A DNA stretch of 63,304 nucleotides, the filler included. It is 11 parts of 11 records of this genome, joined end to end, with 100 filler letters (N's around TTAATTAATTAA, not from the genome) between each part and the next. Parts side by side here need not be neighbours in the genome. Positions count along the whole stretch, not along the records: positions 22,912 to 31,744 come from SRR15195285_2704; positions 31,845 to 37,772 come from SRR15195285_2706; 9 more parts are not named here. One strand, given 5' to 3'. The position numbers were made by a program, and so were the translations under genes. Position 1 is the first letter of the stretch. Every line of letters begins with the position of its first letter. Positions 23,045 through 35,000 of this stretch are shown piece after piece. The notes below the pieces were generated by a model, which was given only the letters and a program-made list of their open reading frames with translations, made no database searches and had not been told where the DNA came from.

Positions 23045-23290
23045 GTATCTGGGGCACTGGTGGGCTGGCGGGGCTGGTGGGGGCGATGGCCGGCTAGGAG
23101 CAGTGCGCGGTAGCCCTGCACACACACCTGCGTACACATCGAGTTGAGTGCTCGGTAGCGGCGGCGGTTGTAGAGCGGTTGTTGGGCCCCCTGGGAGGCG
23201 GGGGGTTGGGCTTGGTTGGTTGGTAGGGAGGGTGAGATTTGCTGGTGGGGCTGGTGGGGCTGGTGGGCTGGCGGGCTGGTGGGGACAGCT
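23045..23290. repeat. G-rich GGGCTGGT-type tandem repeats
   Basis: GCTGGTGGGGCTGGTGGGGCTGGTGGGCTGGCGGGCTGGTGGGG at about 23241-23284, with similar units near 23055-23085. Confidence 0.7.
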
Positions 23291-23720
23291 GCAGGAAAGG
23301 CGAAGCGCGCAGACGGAGAGCGCCTTGGCAGCGTTGGAGAGCGCCTTGGTGGCGCTGGAGCGCGCGGTCGAGCAGAAGGCGGACGCTTTGGCCGCCACTG
23401 CATTGTCGCGCGCATTGGCGACGGTTCCTCTGGTGGGCTGGCGGGACAGTTTGGGAGGCGGTTTGCCGCCCGCCCTGTCCCTCCCTCTTCCCCCCCCCCC
23501 CCCTTCGCAGTGCAGTGCGCTTACGCTGGGGCACGCTGGGGGCGGAGCTGTGTGGGGGCTGGGAGGTTAGGGTTGGGAGGCTGTGGGGTTTGGGCGGGGG
23601 AGGCGGCGTGGGCTGCGCCGAAGCGCCCCAGGGCACCGCAGGGCAGGCGGCTTGCTTGTGCCCAGCGCACTGGGGATCTGGGCGAGAGGAAGGCGCGCGT
23701 GAGGGGCAACTGCGATCGCT

Positions 23721-26700
23721 ATGGGCGGCTCGTCCGACGACGAGTTCTCGAACCCCGTGGCTGAATCCGGGATGTTCGAGAGCGAAACGACGGGAGACCC
23801 GGCCGACGAACGAAAACCGGACTCCGAGAACCCCGACGACTGGGGAGACCTGGGGCTCGGCGGTATCGTCAGGGGTGACGTGGACGAGTTCATCCTGAAC
23901 TGGTGCAAGAATGCTTGCGCGTCGTCTTGGCTGGATGCGACAATTCTCATCTGCATCATCTTCAACACGTTTCTGCTCGCGTACGCCGGCCCGGCCAACA
24001 CGTACTCAGAGGACGTCCTGACGGCCATGATGATCGCCGATTTGGTACTCACGCTCATTTTCAGCATCGAGATGTTCATCCGCATCATCGCCCTTGGCTT
24101 CTACGACCGCACGGGAGAGCTTCCAGTGCCCAGATACATGAACGAGTGCGCCGCCACAGTCCCTCCGCTCGTATGCTGTTGCTGCAGCTAGCTCTCTTAC
24201 GAATTTGTTCTCGCAGCGACTGGAACAAAATGGACTTTTTCGTTGTCATCTCATCGTGGGTGAATATCGTGGTGGAAGTCACCGGAGTGGAGCTCGGCGT
24301 CTCGATGTCCAGCCTGCGCGCGCTCCGCATCATGCGTGTGCTCAAGGCATTCAAAAGTATCGAGGGCATTCGCGTGATTCTAGCGACGCTTGCGGCAGCT
24401 GTCCCGCACACAGGCAATGTCGTGGGGTTCCTTGGGTTCATGTTTGTCGTGTCGGGGATCATCGGCGTGCAGATGTTCCGCGGCCTGACGCGGAACCGAT
24501 GCGCGTACAGCAGCTTCGACTTGATGGGCCAGCTCGGAGAGGACCGTTTCCCGATGGCCGACCACGGAGAGCTTGGGCCGTGGGACACTGCCAACGCCAC
24601 CGGATACATCAGCCACATTGAGGTTGGAATGGCCACGATAGTGGACGAGCCCGCACCGGGTCCTTTCCCTTCCGTCTTTGAGCCATCTTACGAGTACCCG
24701 ATCGGAATTGGTGTTTGGGGCACGTATTGCAACTTGGATTCCGACTGTCCGCTGTACAACGCGCGCGATAAATGGAATCGGACTCAGACCTGCCAACCTT
24801 CGCTCAATCCGGGAAAGACATTCTCGAACTACGACTCATCGCCGGAAGCCTGGATCACCATATTCATCAATATGGCCTGCCTTTACTGGTGGGAGACAGC
24901 GCATCGCTACGTGGACTCGAACTCTGGTCACGTGCCGTTCTGCACGGGCACTCCCGAGGAGCTGGACCTCTATCCAACGTGCGAAGGAGCTTTTTGGGAG
25001 GCGACTGGCGGAGACCCTTCCAGCAGCACTTTCTTGGACTGCCCAGACGGTTGCAGGTACCGCACTGGAGGGCCTGGATCGATAATTGCATGGGCGTTTG
25101 GCGCTTTCAACGTGGTACGTGAATCACGTCTGCCAGTGCCTTTCCCCCCCCGTCCCCCCCGCCCTCCACCTGTGCTGGATAAAGACTCGAACTGGCTGAG
25201 CACGGTCGGGTGCTGCGCAGTTCATGCTGACAATGGTGACGGTTAACATGTTTGTTGCCGCTGTAACCACCATTTTCATGGACCAACGCTCCGTTGAAAA
25301 CCCCGACGGTGCTGCAGTGGCACCGCCGCGGACGCCAAAGCAACTTAAGGAGGACGAGCAGGCCGCCGCGTGGACAAAGCCGTTCTATTATGTAGAAGCT
25401 TTTGGAGGCGAAGGACCATATGTGGAACCAAAACGGAACGAGCTAGGTGATATCAAAGCCGTCCTTGCTGAAGCTGAGGAAGAAGAGGCAAAATGGCCGG
25501 GCTCACGCGCTACCGATATCCCCAAGATTCAGCTCAAGGTTGACGAAAAAATTCAAGAAATCATTAATGCTGGCGGGAGTGACCGCACAGAAGAGGGTGC
25601 AGCGCCCCCTGAGGTGCGCAAGGGAATTATCAACCAACCTTGGTTCGACCAATTCATTCTAGCATTCATCATGATCAACACGGTTGCCCTAGCTTCCGAG
25701 CACCACGACCGCGAGCAGTGCATTCCGATGCAGCTGTCGGCATTCGAAGAATGGGGTCACGTGGGCCGCGAGCCATCCCTTCACGGAATGATGGAGGACG
25801 GTTCAGAGCTTTGCCAGAGTCCCGATTTCATTTTCACGATGAAAATCGCAAACTATATCTTCAACTTCGTGTTCACCGTGGAATGCATTCTCAAGATCTT
25901 TGGCATGGGTTTCAGAGAGTACATTCGAGTAGCGTTCAACAAGTTGGACTTTTTCATCGTCGTCACTTCAGCTCTGGACATGATTGGTGAGGCTCTCGCT
26001 GATCCAGGTGAAGCGTCCGGTGGTGGTATTTTCAAGCTCTTTCGCGTGTTTCGTCTCTTCCGTGTGCTTCGTGTCGCCCGTATCCTGTACCGCAACGAGA
26101 ATCTGAAGCGAGTTCTCGTGACGGTGTTTGGAAGCGGAGAGTCGCTGGTGAACTTGACACTTTTCATCGCGTTTTCTATTCTATTGTTCTCCATTCTCGG
26201 CATGCACCTGATCAGTGGATTCTACATACCAACAAACATCACTCCAGCGTCTCCATACGGCAGCAACAACGGAACACTATGGGGCAGGCTGATGGGCGAC
26301 GGCGTGTACGATGTTCGAAAGGAGGGCGCAGAGGTCCGTTACGGCTACGATGTCCAGGATTTCATCATGAAAGGATTGATCCCACGCCGCAACTTCGAGG
26401 ACTTCCCGAGAGCATTCTTGCTATCGTTCCAGATCATGACAGGTGACGATTGGGTAAACCAGATGCACGATTACCTGGAGGTCCGACCAGGATGGATCAC
26501 CTGGTTCATCTTCTTCGCTAACTTTGGCTTCTGCAACTTCATCCTTCTTTCTCTTTTCATTGCCGTAATTCTGGAGAACTTTGAAGTCGCCGAGGCAGAG
26601 AAGATGAAACTGCAGGCGAACATGCGTGAAACAAAAATGCGGAAGGCCGAAGAGAAGGCCAAGAAGCCCAAAATCTTCTTTCCGCATCGTCTTGTTTGGC

Positions 26701-29700
26701 TATGCGGCGGCACAAAGGCTGGGAAGCGGGAAAAATCTCTCTGTGGCATTGGTCCAGATGTTGAGGTATACGTGTCGGAACCCTTTGACCTAGATGATCC
26801 GAAGAACGGAATGCTCGTCCCAGGCGAGCAATGGTACAATGATGATAAGTCGATCTTTACATTCGGTCCCGGACACCCTGTGCGAGTTAGCATGAAGGCA
26901 CTTGCCAACAACATCATCTTCGACAATATTGTGCTCGCTGCAATCATTATTGGTACGATCTTGCTAGCCGTGGAAGGACCACCGGGATCCCTCCCTCCAG
27001 AGACTCTGTACCTCTTCAATCGCGTCAACGACGTCCTCTTCCTCGTGTTCTTAGTGGAGTTCGTCTCGAAGGTTGTTGGATACGGGTTCATGTTTACTCC
27101 TGAAAGCTACTTGAAGAACATGTGGAATCGTCTTGATTTCATTGTGATTGTCGGTACCATCCTGAACTACCTCGGAGCCAACGCTGGATTCGTTCGATTG
27201 CTGCGTTGTCTACGGCCCCTGCGGATCATCAACCGCAACGAAGGCATGCGCGTTATCATCAGTGCTGTTGTGGATAGCCTTGCCGTCAACGTCGGTGTGC
27301 TGGCTCTCTCTGGCCTGGGACTGCTGATATTCGGTATCCTGGGCGTCAGTCTTTTCGCAGGAAAGATGTGGTCTTGCAACTGCTCGCACGTGTATCCTGA
27401 GGGAGTAACTCCAGCTACAGCAATATTTGGAGACGACGGTGGCTGGCTCAACATCACGGCTCGTGTGGCCCCGATGGATGCCTCTTGCTCCGGAGTTGCT
27501 ACTAACGCAGTAGCAACGCCAGATTGCAGCAATGTTCCGACGTTTGTAGCAGATCCGACAGCAGTCAACTGCCCTGCGGGCTGCGTATTCACTGACATGG
27601 TACCGGCAGTCGAACCATTGTACAACACTACACTCCCACTGCCAGTTGAAACAGAGCAAATGTGCATAGGAGCAAACCAACAAGGGGGGGTCTTCGGCAT
27701 TGACCCGACGTTGCCAGATGCAATTTCTGAATGCTACTGGGACAACAGGCCGTACAACTTTGACCATGTTGGAAGCGCCATGATGTCCTTGTTTACTGCT
27801 TCTACTCTGGCTGGCTGGACAGACATAATGGAGATAGGCATGGACCAGGGGGGGATCGGCTACCAGCCAGTTCCGTTCAAGAGCGCTGGTTACGCAGTTT
27901 TCTTCATGTTCTATGTCCTCATCATGGCGTTCTTCGTAACGAACTTGTTTATTGGTGTCCTGATTGATTTCATAGGGACCAACGACGGTAGTGCGCTGCT
28001 AACTGAAGATCAGCAGAAAATGGGCGACACGATGAAATATGCGAAGCTCCATCGGCCGGAGCTGGTTGCCACAGCGCCACCAAATCCCGTTCGCAAGTGG
28101 TGCTGGGGTCTGGTTGAATCGAAATGCTGGGAACTCACAAGCAATTCTGTGATAGTGTTCAATGTGGTGGTCATGATGTGCGAATACGAAGACCAGTCGG
28201 AGGAATGGTGGCTAGCCCTAGAGTTCTTGAACCTCGTCTGCCTGACGTTTTTCTTTGTAGAGATGTGCTTCAAGATTATCGCTTACTTTCCAGTGGAGTA
28301 CATTAAGGACCGGTGGAACCAGTTTGATTTCATAGTTGTCAATCTATCTGTCGCTGGAATCATCTTTGACATGGGCGGGGCGCAGGCGATCCGTGCGATG
28401 CGTGCAATTCGAATTGTGGTTGTGCTGAAGGGTGCAAAGGGCATCCGATCGCTCCTCCAAACCCTCGCACTCAGTGTAGCTCCAGGTGTCAACATTTCGG
28501 TTCTCCTATTCCTGCTGTATGCAGTTTACGCGATCCTGGGGATGATGTATTTTGGTAACACACCAATGCAAGACGTAGAGTGCATGGTTGAGCAGCACCA
28601 AAGTGATGTCGGGAGGTACTTGGTCAAGGATTCTGTTGCCAACTACTGCAAGATCGGTATGGCCAGAGAATCCTGCACAGCATCAGTCAACCCGTTCTAC
28701 GCACTCGGCTGGGGTGAAGAACTGATAGACCCTAATGTCAACTGCACTGATGGATACATCGAGGGCACCTCGACGCAGCCATCAACGACGTGCAAAGACG
28801 GCTGCACCTTGGTGGTTTCTACGTACGTCGACCGCACCTCGTGGTTTTCACATTTCGCCAAGGGCAGGCCAGGGCAGATGCTGATGGGACTGAACAGACA
28901 GTACACCCACCATGCACACTTCCACGATTTTCCATCTGCATTGAAGCTATTGTTTCAGTGTGCCACTGGTCAAGACTGGAAGTTTGTGATGTACGCGGTC
29001 GGTGGTGAGCCGGGACAACCTGGGGCCGCGGTGCGCATCATTGCTTGTGCCTTTGCGCCTTACAGTCTAGGTTTGGTAGTTCAAGCTAACTAGGTGCTTG
29101 GCGAGGGTTGACTTCGTAATGTTTAGTTAGCCAGATTCTCAAGTGGTTAAATATTCAGTAGCTTAGCCAGAGCCTCAATTGTTGATCAGTGAACTACCTA
29201 ATCTCGCTCAAACCGAGCTCACTGCGCGTGTCTCATATGTCTGGTGGACCGACACATCTCGACTACCTTAAATGGTTTTTGATAGATGGTACCGTCACAG
29301 TTGCGTTCAGTCCGTTAGAAACTACAGTTGGATTCGTTGCAACGCTCACATGCGGTGTCGATGGCAGGCACCAACCGCGTTCATATACTTTGGGACGTTT
29401 TTCTTCTTCTCGAACTACATCTTGCTGAATCTGTTCGTCGCGGTTATCCTGGACAATTTCTCTGCATCTATGCGTGAGTCGGAGTTGAACGTGAGCGAAG
29501 AAGACTTCGTGGACTTCAAATTCAAATTCCGGCTCAAAACCACCGACGCACAGCCGGAGATGCTGATGTTCCTGGACTTGTTCAGCCTTTTGGAAGACAT
29601 CGGAGGCGACGAGACTCCAGATGAAAAGGGGGAAGTAACCAATGTCAATGCAATGGCCCCGCCGAGATGGACGTACTGGAGCCAAGACAACGAGATGGCG

Positions 29701-30845
29701 TGGGCTTTACACTGCGAGTCTGGGGTATCACCTGCGGATATCAAAAAGTTCTTGAAAGGAGTGTACACAGCTGCCAACTCCCCATTCAAGATTGAGGGTC
29801 AGCCTGGGATCTCATTCAATGAGTGGTACAACACATTGCTCGAGACCCCTGCGGTTTTCGAAAGTGCACGGCAAGGGGACCTAGGCACGCTGCAGGACTG
29901 GGAAAAGTTTCGAAAGGACAACAAGACGGCCAGGATTCCACCGTACGCTGTCATCAAGGAAGCTTGCAAAGCATTGCGATTCAATGTACACTATCAACAT
30001 CTCGTGGACGAACTTAGTTTCCATGGGGCCGAATACAGTGGCGAAGGCAGTGAGCTCAAGTATGACCAGGTTCTGCAAGGATTGGTCAACGTTGAGATGG
30101 GCGAGGCAGCACTCAGCCTTGAGGAGCAGCTGCACAGAGGGTAAGCCTCCGAGCGTCTCATTGATCATGTTGTGCGTGCACTGACTGTTTGCATTTACGT
30201 GCACTGCCTCGCAGCGTTGCATCGATGGGCTTCGCGTCCGATACCGCACAGGCGGATGCAGAGCTAGCGGAGCTGGTGGAGACTGAGAAGCAGTGGCAAC
30301 AAAAACTGGAATATGCTACGATGAACCCGAGCACGACAGCTCAGGAGCTACGACAGCTCGAGGATCAGCTGAAGCGGATAGCCATGGCGAGAGAAGAACT
30401 AGAGGAGCGTGTCAAAGAGAACCACGAACATGACGATGACCCAGAGGAAGAAGAGGAAGCAGTGAGCCATGCTGCACAAGCGCATTGGTCTATGCAGCTC
30501 CAGATATTCATGTTTTGCTTGCTGGCTTGCTTGCTTGCGCAGCGGCAGCTGACTGATCAGGAAATCGCGGAGAAAGAGCGAGACGATGCCCGTGCCCTCG
30601 CTGAAGCGCTGAAGACGCAGCTCAAAGTAGCGGTGCGACCCCGCCACACGCTTTGCTTGATTGCCAGGGCTGTATTCACGCGTATCGTGGCTGATTCAGA
30701 CATAGCGATTTTCTGGCCACTGATCTAATCGATGTGCATGCACAATCAACAGGCGGATCAAGCTGCTGAGGCTCAAGCGGAAATGCTGAAGCAGCAAAAA
30801 AAGTACGAGCAAGAAATTGCCGACCTTAAGGCACGGGCGACTTGA
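23721..30845 (+). CDS. Four-domain voltage-gated cation channel alpha subunit (Cav/Nav/NALCN superfamily)
   Basis: Four 6-TM repeats with WN.(L/M/F)DF motifs and S4 helices (LRALRIMRVLK, FRVFRLFRVLRVAR, VRLLRCLRPLR, IRAMRAIR); S6 NLFVAVILDNF. Introns 24146-24216, 25115-25220, 29031-29367, 30141-30214, 30462-30542 and 30633-30752. Confidence 0.95.
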
Positions 30846-31006
30846 AGGCGGATGCCTAGCGACTTGAAGGTAGGTGCAGGAGGGATACGTTGTTAGCAGC
30901 ACTGGAGGCTTCTCTAGAGCTCAAGGGCTACGCCCGACGTGCACCATTAATATTGAATGCCCAGTAACTTTTGTACTGCGGATGTCCGCTTCTCACGTAG
31001 TCCCTA

Positions 31007-31741
31007 TCACGGCTGCGCGCCTCCAAATGCAACCGCCTTGTCGGCACTGAGCTGACTTCGATCTATGCGCTCATGGCTATCACCACTGATCGAAGCGACG
31101 TGCTGCTGCACTAGATCCAACGAGCTCCCTGCGCTGAGCATACCATTTTCAGTAGGTGAAGCGGCGGAAACATCGCTGGCTGCCTTGGTTTCATTGGTGT
31201 CGTATGATGCTGTCATTGATGCATCCATCGAAAAGAAAGAAGCTCGGGACATAGACCTCGACAGCGAATCTTTGGGCGCTTCGGCAGGCCGTTTCATGTA
31301 TTCTGCTACAACTGTATCGATCGAGGTTCGCAGTTCACTGAAAATACCTGCAACAACGTCAACGTCGGTCTTCGTGAGCACCATTAGCTCGCATAAGTTG
31401 CGCGCCGTCACAGTCGCAGTCCGCGTCCCCGTCATGAAAAGAGCGATCTCGCCGAAGAACTCGCCAGCATACTTGACCGCCACAACGCCCCGACCATACA
31501 CCACGCACTCGCACTCGCCGGAGCTAATGAAGTACATCTCATCTCCAATGTCTCCTTGCCTGACTATTGTATCGCCTGGCATACACACCTCGCGGCGCAG
31601 CTTGTCTGAAATGCTCAGAACGATGCGGTCGTCCAGGCCGTGAAGCAGTGGCAAGCTAGTGATGAGCTCTCGATTCAGATAGTACTGCACATCCTGGCGT
31701 AGCCTTCGCGGCAACGAGTGCAACAGCTGCGATTCGTCCAT
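31007..31741 (-). CDS. C-linker and cyclic-nucleotide-binding domain of an HCN/CNG/KCNH-type channel (3' fragment)
   Basis: DESQLLHSLPRRLR, PGD.IVRQGDIGDEMYFI..G, GEFFGEIAL...RTATV.A. Confidence 0.9.
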   Translation of the reverse strand: MDESQLLHSLPRRLRQDVQYYLNRELITSLPLLHGLDDRIVLSISDKLRREVCMPGDTIVRQGDIGDEMYFISSGECECVVYGRGVVAVKYAGEFFGEIALFMTGTRTATVTARNLCELMVLTKTDVDVVAGIFSELRTSIDTVVAEYMKRPAEAPKDSLSRSMSRASFFSMDASMTASYDTNETKAASDVSAASPTENGMLSAGSSLDLVQQHVASISGDSHERIDRSQLSADKAVAFGGAQP

Positions 31742-32074
31742 GCCNNNNNNNNNNNNNNNNNNNNNNNNNNNNNNNNNNNNNNNNNNNNTTAATTAATTAA
31801 NNNNNNNNNNNNNNNNNNNNNNNNNNNNNNNNNNNNNNNNNNNNAGGAGGAGGCGGAGGAGGCGGAGGAGGAGGAGGCGCGCAGCTGGCAGCAGCAGGGC
31901 GAGAGGGGACCCTTGCACCGCAGAGCAGGCGAAGAGACACGGCACGGGGGCACGGGGCCCCGGGGGGAGGGGGAGAGGACAAGGACCCCCTGCAGCGCAC
32001 GGGGGCGTGGGCGGGGAGGAGGCCGGAGGGGCAGGAGGACGGCGTGAGAGCGAGGGGGAGCGAGGCGCAGAGCC

Positions 32075-35000
32075 ATGGAGGCGCTCACCGCCATGGGCTT
32101 CCCGGAGCACATGTGCGCCAAGGCCATGCGAATGACCGGGGGAGACGTCGAGGCAGCGGCGAACTACATCATGGGTGCGCCCACCACTGCCCAGCCCCCC
32201 GCCCCGTTCCGCCCGCCGCTGTCACCGCAGCTGCTCGCCGCCGCACAGCAGTCAGCCCCTCTCACGACTGGAGCGGTTCGCTGGCGCGCAGGCAACCTGG
32301 ACCAGCCGGAGCAGTGGTGGTTCGGGCCACCCGGCCAGCCGGACGCCCTGGCACAGCAGCTGGTTGCCGAGGCGAGACTGGACAGCGGTGAGGACGACGA
32401 AGGGCCTGCGGACACGATGGAGGCCCTGCTGGACGGACTGGAACCGGAGCGGCGCGAGGCGTTCGCTGAGGCCGCCGTCTCCGCTCTGAGGGCGCTGAAG
32501 GCCGCCTCCGCCGAGCAGGTTGCCGCGCTGGGCATCGATGAATCCCACGCGCGGCTGCTGCGAGAGCCGCTGCCCCCAGGTCGTCCCGTGTCGCCTCCGG
32601 ACGCCGCAGACGCGCCCCCGCCAGACGTGGCTGCCTCGTCGCCGCGCGACTCGCCGTTCCTCGCGGCTGCGGTCTCTGCCTCCGCCTCCAGTGCCATCGA
32701 GCAGGTCCAACGGCTCGAAGAGGCACTGGGCCGTGCGCGAGGGCCGCCGCGCACCTCATCTCCTCGAGTGGTGGCTGCACGGGCCCCGTCGCCGTCAGCG
32801 GCGGCAGCGCCGAACCCGGCGCTGAAGGAGCTGGAGCAGGACGGTTCTGACCCCCCCGTGTACCTGCTCTGCGGCCAGGGGCTCGAGATCCTCGACGATG
32901 GGCTGCGAGTGCGCCGTGCAGCGGCCGCCTCCTCGCAGCACTGCTGGGCGGCCACGACCAGCGGGCGCAAGTACGTGGAGGTGGTCGTCGAGAGTATCAG
33001 TAGCTCCCTTCCTAGCAGCTCAGACGCTGATACCGACCGCAGAGACCCGTTTGGTGGTGGCCCGGCTGACATCATGCTGTCCATGCTTCGCGGCGACGGC
33101 GACGGCGACCCTTTCGGCAGCCCATTCGGTGGGCCGTTTGGCTTCGGCGAGCGCCCGCTGCGCACACGGGGGCTCACACGGTTCGGCGTGCGCACCGACC
33201 TGGAGGATCTCGATGTGGATGGGCAGCTGCACGAACGAGAAGGCTCAAGACCTGGGCGCGCCACCTGGATGCTGCACCAGAAGAAGATAGTCAAAAATGG
33301 ACGGGGCGTCGCTAACTGCTCGGCGCTCATGGACAACCTACGCGTTGGCGACCGGATCGGAGCTTTGGTCCACAACAGAAGCCTGACGTTCTACCTGAAT
33401 GGGAAGAGCCAAGGCGTTGCCACCTCTGGCCTCCCCTCCGACGCTCGCACGCTACACTTTGTTGTAGATATGCAGGGCGCAGTGGACTCGTTCCGCTTGC
33501 TGCCCGAGCACACCACTCCGAAGACACAGGAAGAGCTCGAGATGGGAACGATCGCTGGACTGATCAAGTCCGCCAGCCTGACTGTAGGTCTCCTCGCAGA
33601 AAAGATTGGGGCTGATGCCGACGGGCGTGAGGCTCGAGCAGTTGACCAAGAAGGCCGAACTGCACTACATTTTCTTTGCCGTGACCACCCTGGAACCAGT
33701 GCGGAGATGCTCTCGATGCTCGCCCAAGCATACCCAGACGCGACCAGCCTCGCGGATCAGTCTGGCAAGACCCCTCTGCTGTACTTGCTAGGAGGCGATG
33801 ACAATGGCGCCCCCAAAACCGTTCTGGACTTTGCGACCGAGGCTGAGTATGCGCAGTATCTGCTACCTCTCTGTAGTGCTGGCGCGAAACTGCAAGCAGC
33901 GAAAGATCTCAACCATCAGGTGCGGCTCGGTACCGTTGGTGAATACGTCGACTCAAACGCGGATAAAGGCGTGCACGTGAATTGGTTCATCCCCGCCGAC
34001 CGCCGACCGGGCAACGGCCGCCGCGCAAGTCGTGAGACCAGGGAAGCTGGTGCATTTGTTTTCGGTGCCGATGATGATGCCACTGGAGGGGATAGAACTA
34101 TGAAGCGTTGGCAGAGCTGGAGCTCTGTGGTGCTGGCGCATGATGACCACGAGAAACAGCAAGCTGCAGCAGCGGAAGCGAAGCCTGAAGTTACTGTTGA
34201 GATGATTGACGCACTGATCAACGCTAACGAAAAGTGTGTCACGGAGGCTGATAGTGACGGGTTGCTACCAGTGCAGGTGGCAGAACGCGCAGGAGCGTGT
34301 GATTCAGTGATGGATCGACTCGTACAGCTCAGCTTGGCAGCTGGGTTGGTCTGGTGTGGCGGTCGCGCACCCACTTCAATGGATGCTGATGCAGCTGCCG
34401 CAGACCAATACGGAATCCACGTGCTGCTCACGAGTGTCACTGGCACTGCTGTCAACGCCAGTTCGTCCACGTTAGCGAAGATGGCGGAAAACGCAGCTCA
34501 TCGCTCCGCTACACGGCTGCACGGTCTGCCATTCGGCGTGGATGAGGTGAAGATGTCAGTGTGTGGGCCTACACACTTCGTGTTCCTGCTCAAAACAGGC
34601 GCTGTGTGGCGGCTAACATTCAAGCCGCTCGCTGGTGCTGCAGGCCACGACTCCTCTGGTCTCAACCCACAAGTGAGTGCGGCTGAGCAGCGGATCGAGG
34701 CTGTGCGCTCGCAGCTGAGCGCCCGTCGCATGCGAGTCAGGCATATTGAAGCACAGATCAATGCGGCGGAGAGCAAGGTTTTCCCTGTGCCAGCGTCGGA
34801 GCTTCAAAGCCTGTGCGATATCACGCGCAAACCACGCGAAGAATGTGAGACGGTTCTTCGCCGCCTGCGCCCGCGTGCCTCTAGGATGGAGCTCGCCATG
34901 CACATGCTCATGGGCGAGCAGCCGGAGCACAACGGACAGCCTGCAGAGTTTTGGGAAGGAGATGAGGTTGGAAGGCTGCAATACGAGCTGCGCAAGGAGA

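Noticed and set aside
23287-23570. Ala/Leu-rich helical ORF segment (ESALAALESALVALERAVEQK) upstream of the channel
   Set aside because: It could be an exon of a truncated upstream gene, but it has no recognisable domain and its boundaries lie in G-rich low-complexity sequence.
32164-33375. Long antisense and alternate-frame ORFs (e.g. 403 aa here, 375 aa at 4041..5168)
   Set aside because: These are expected shadows of high-GC coding sequence and contain no motifs.
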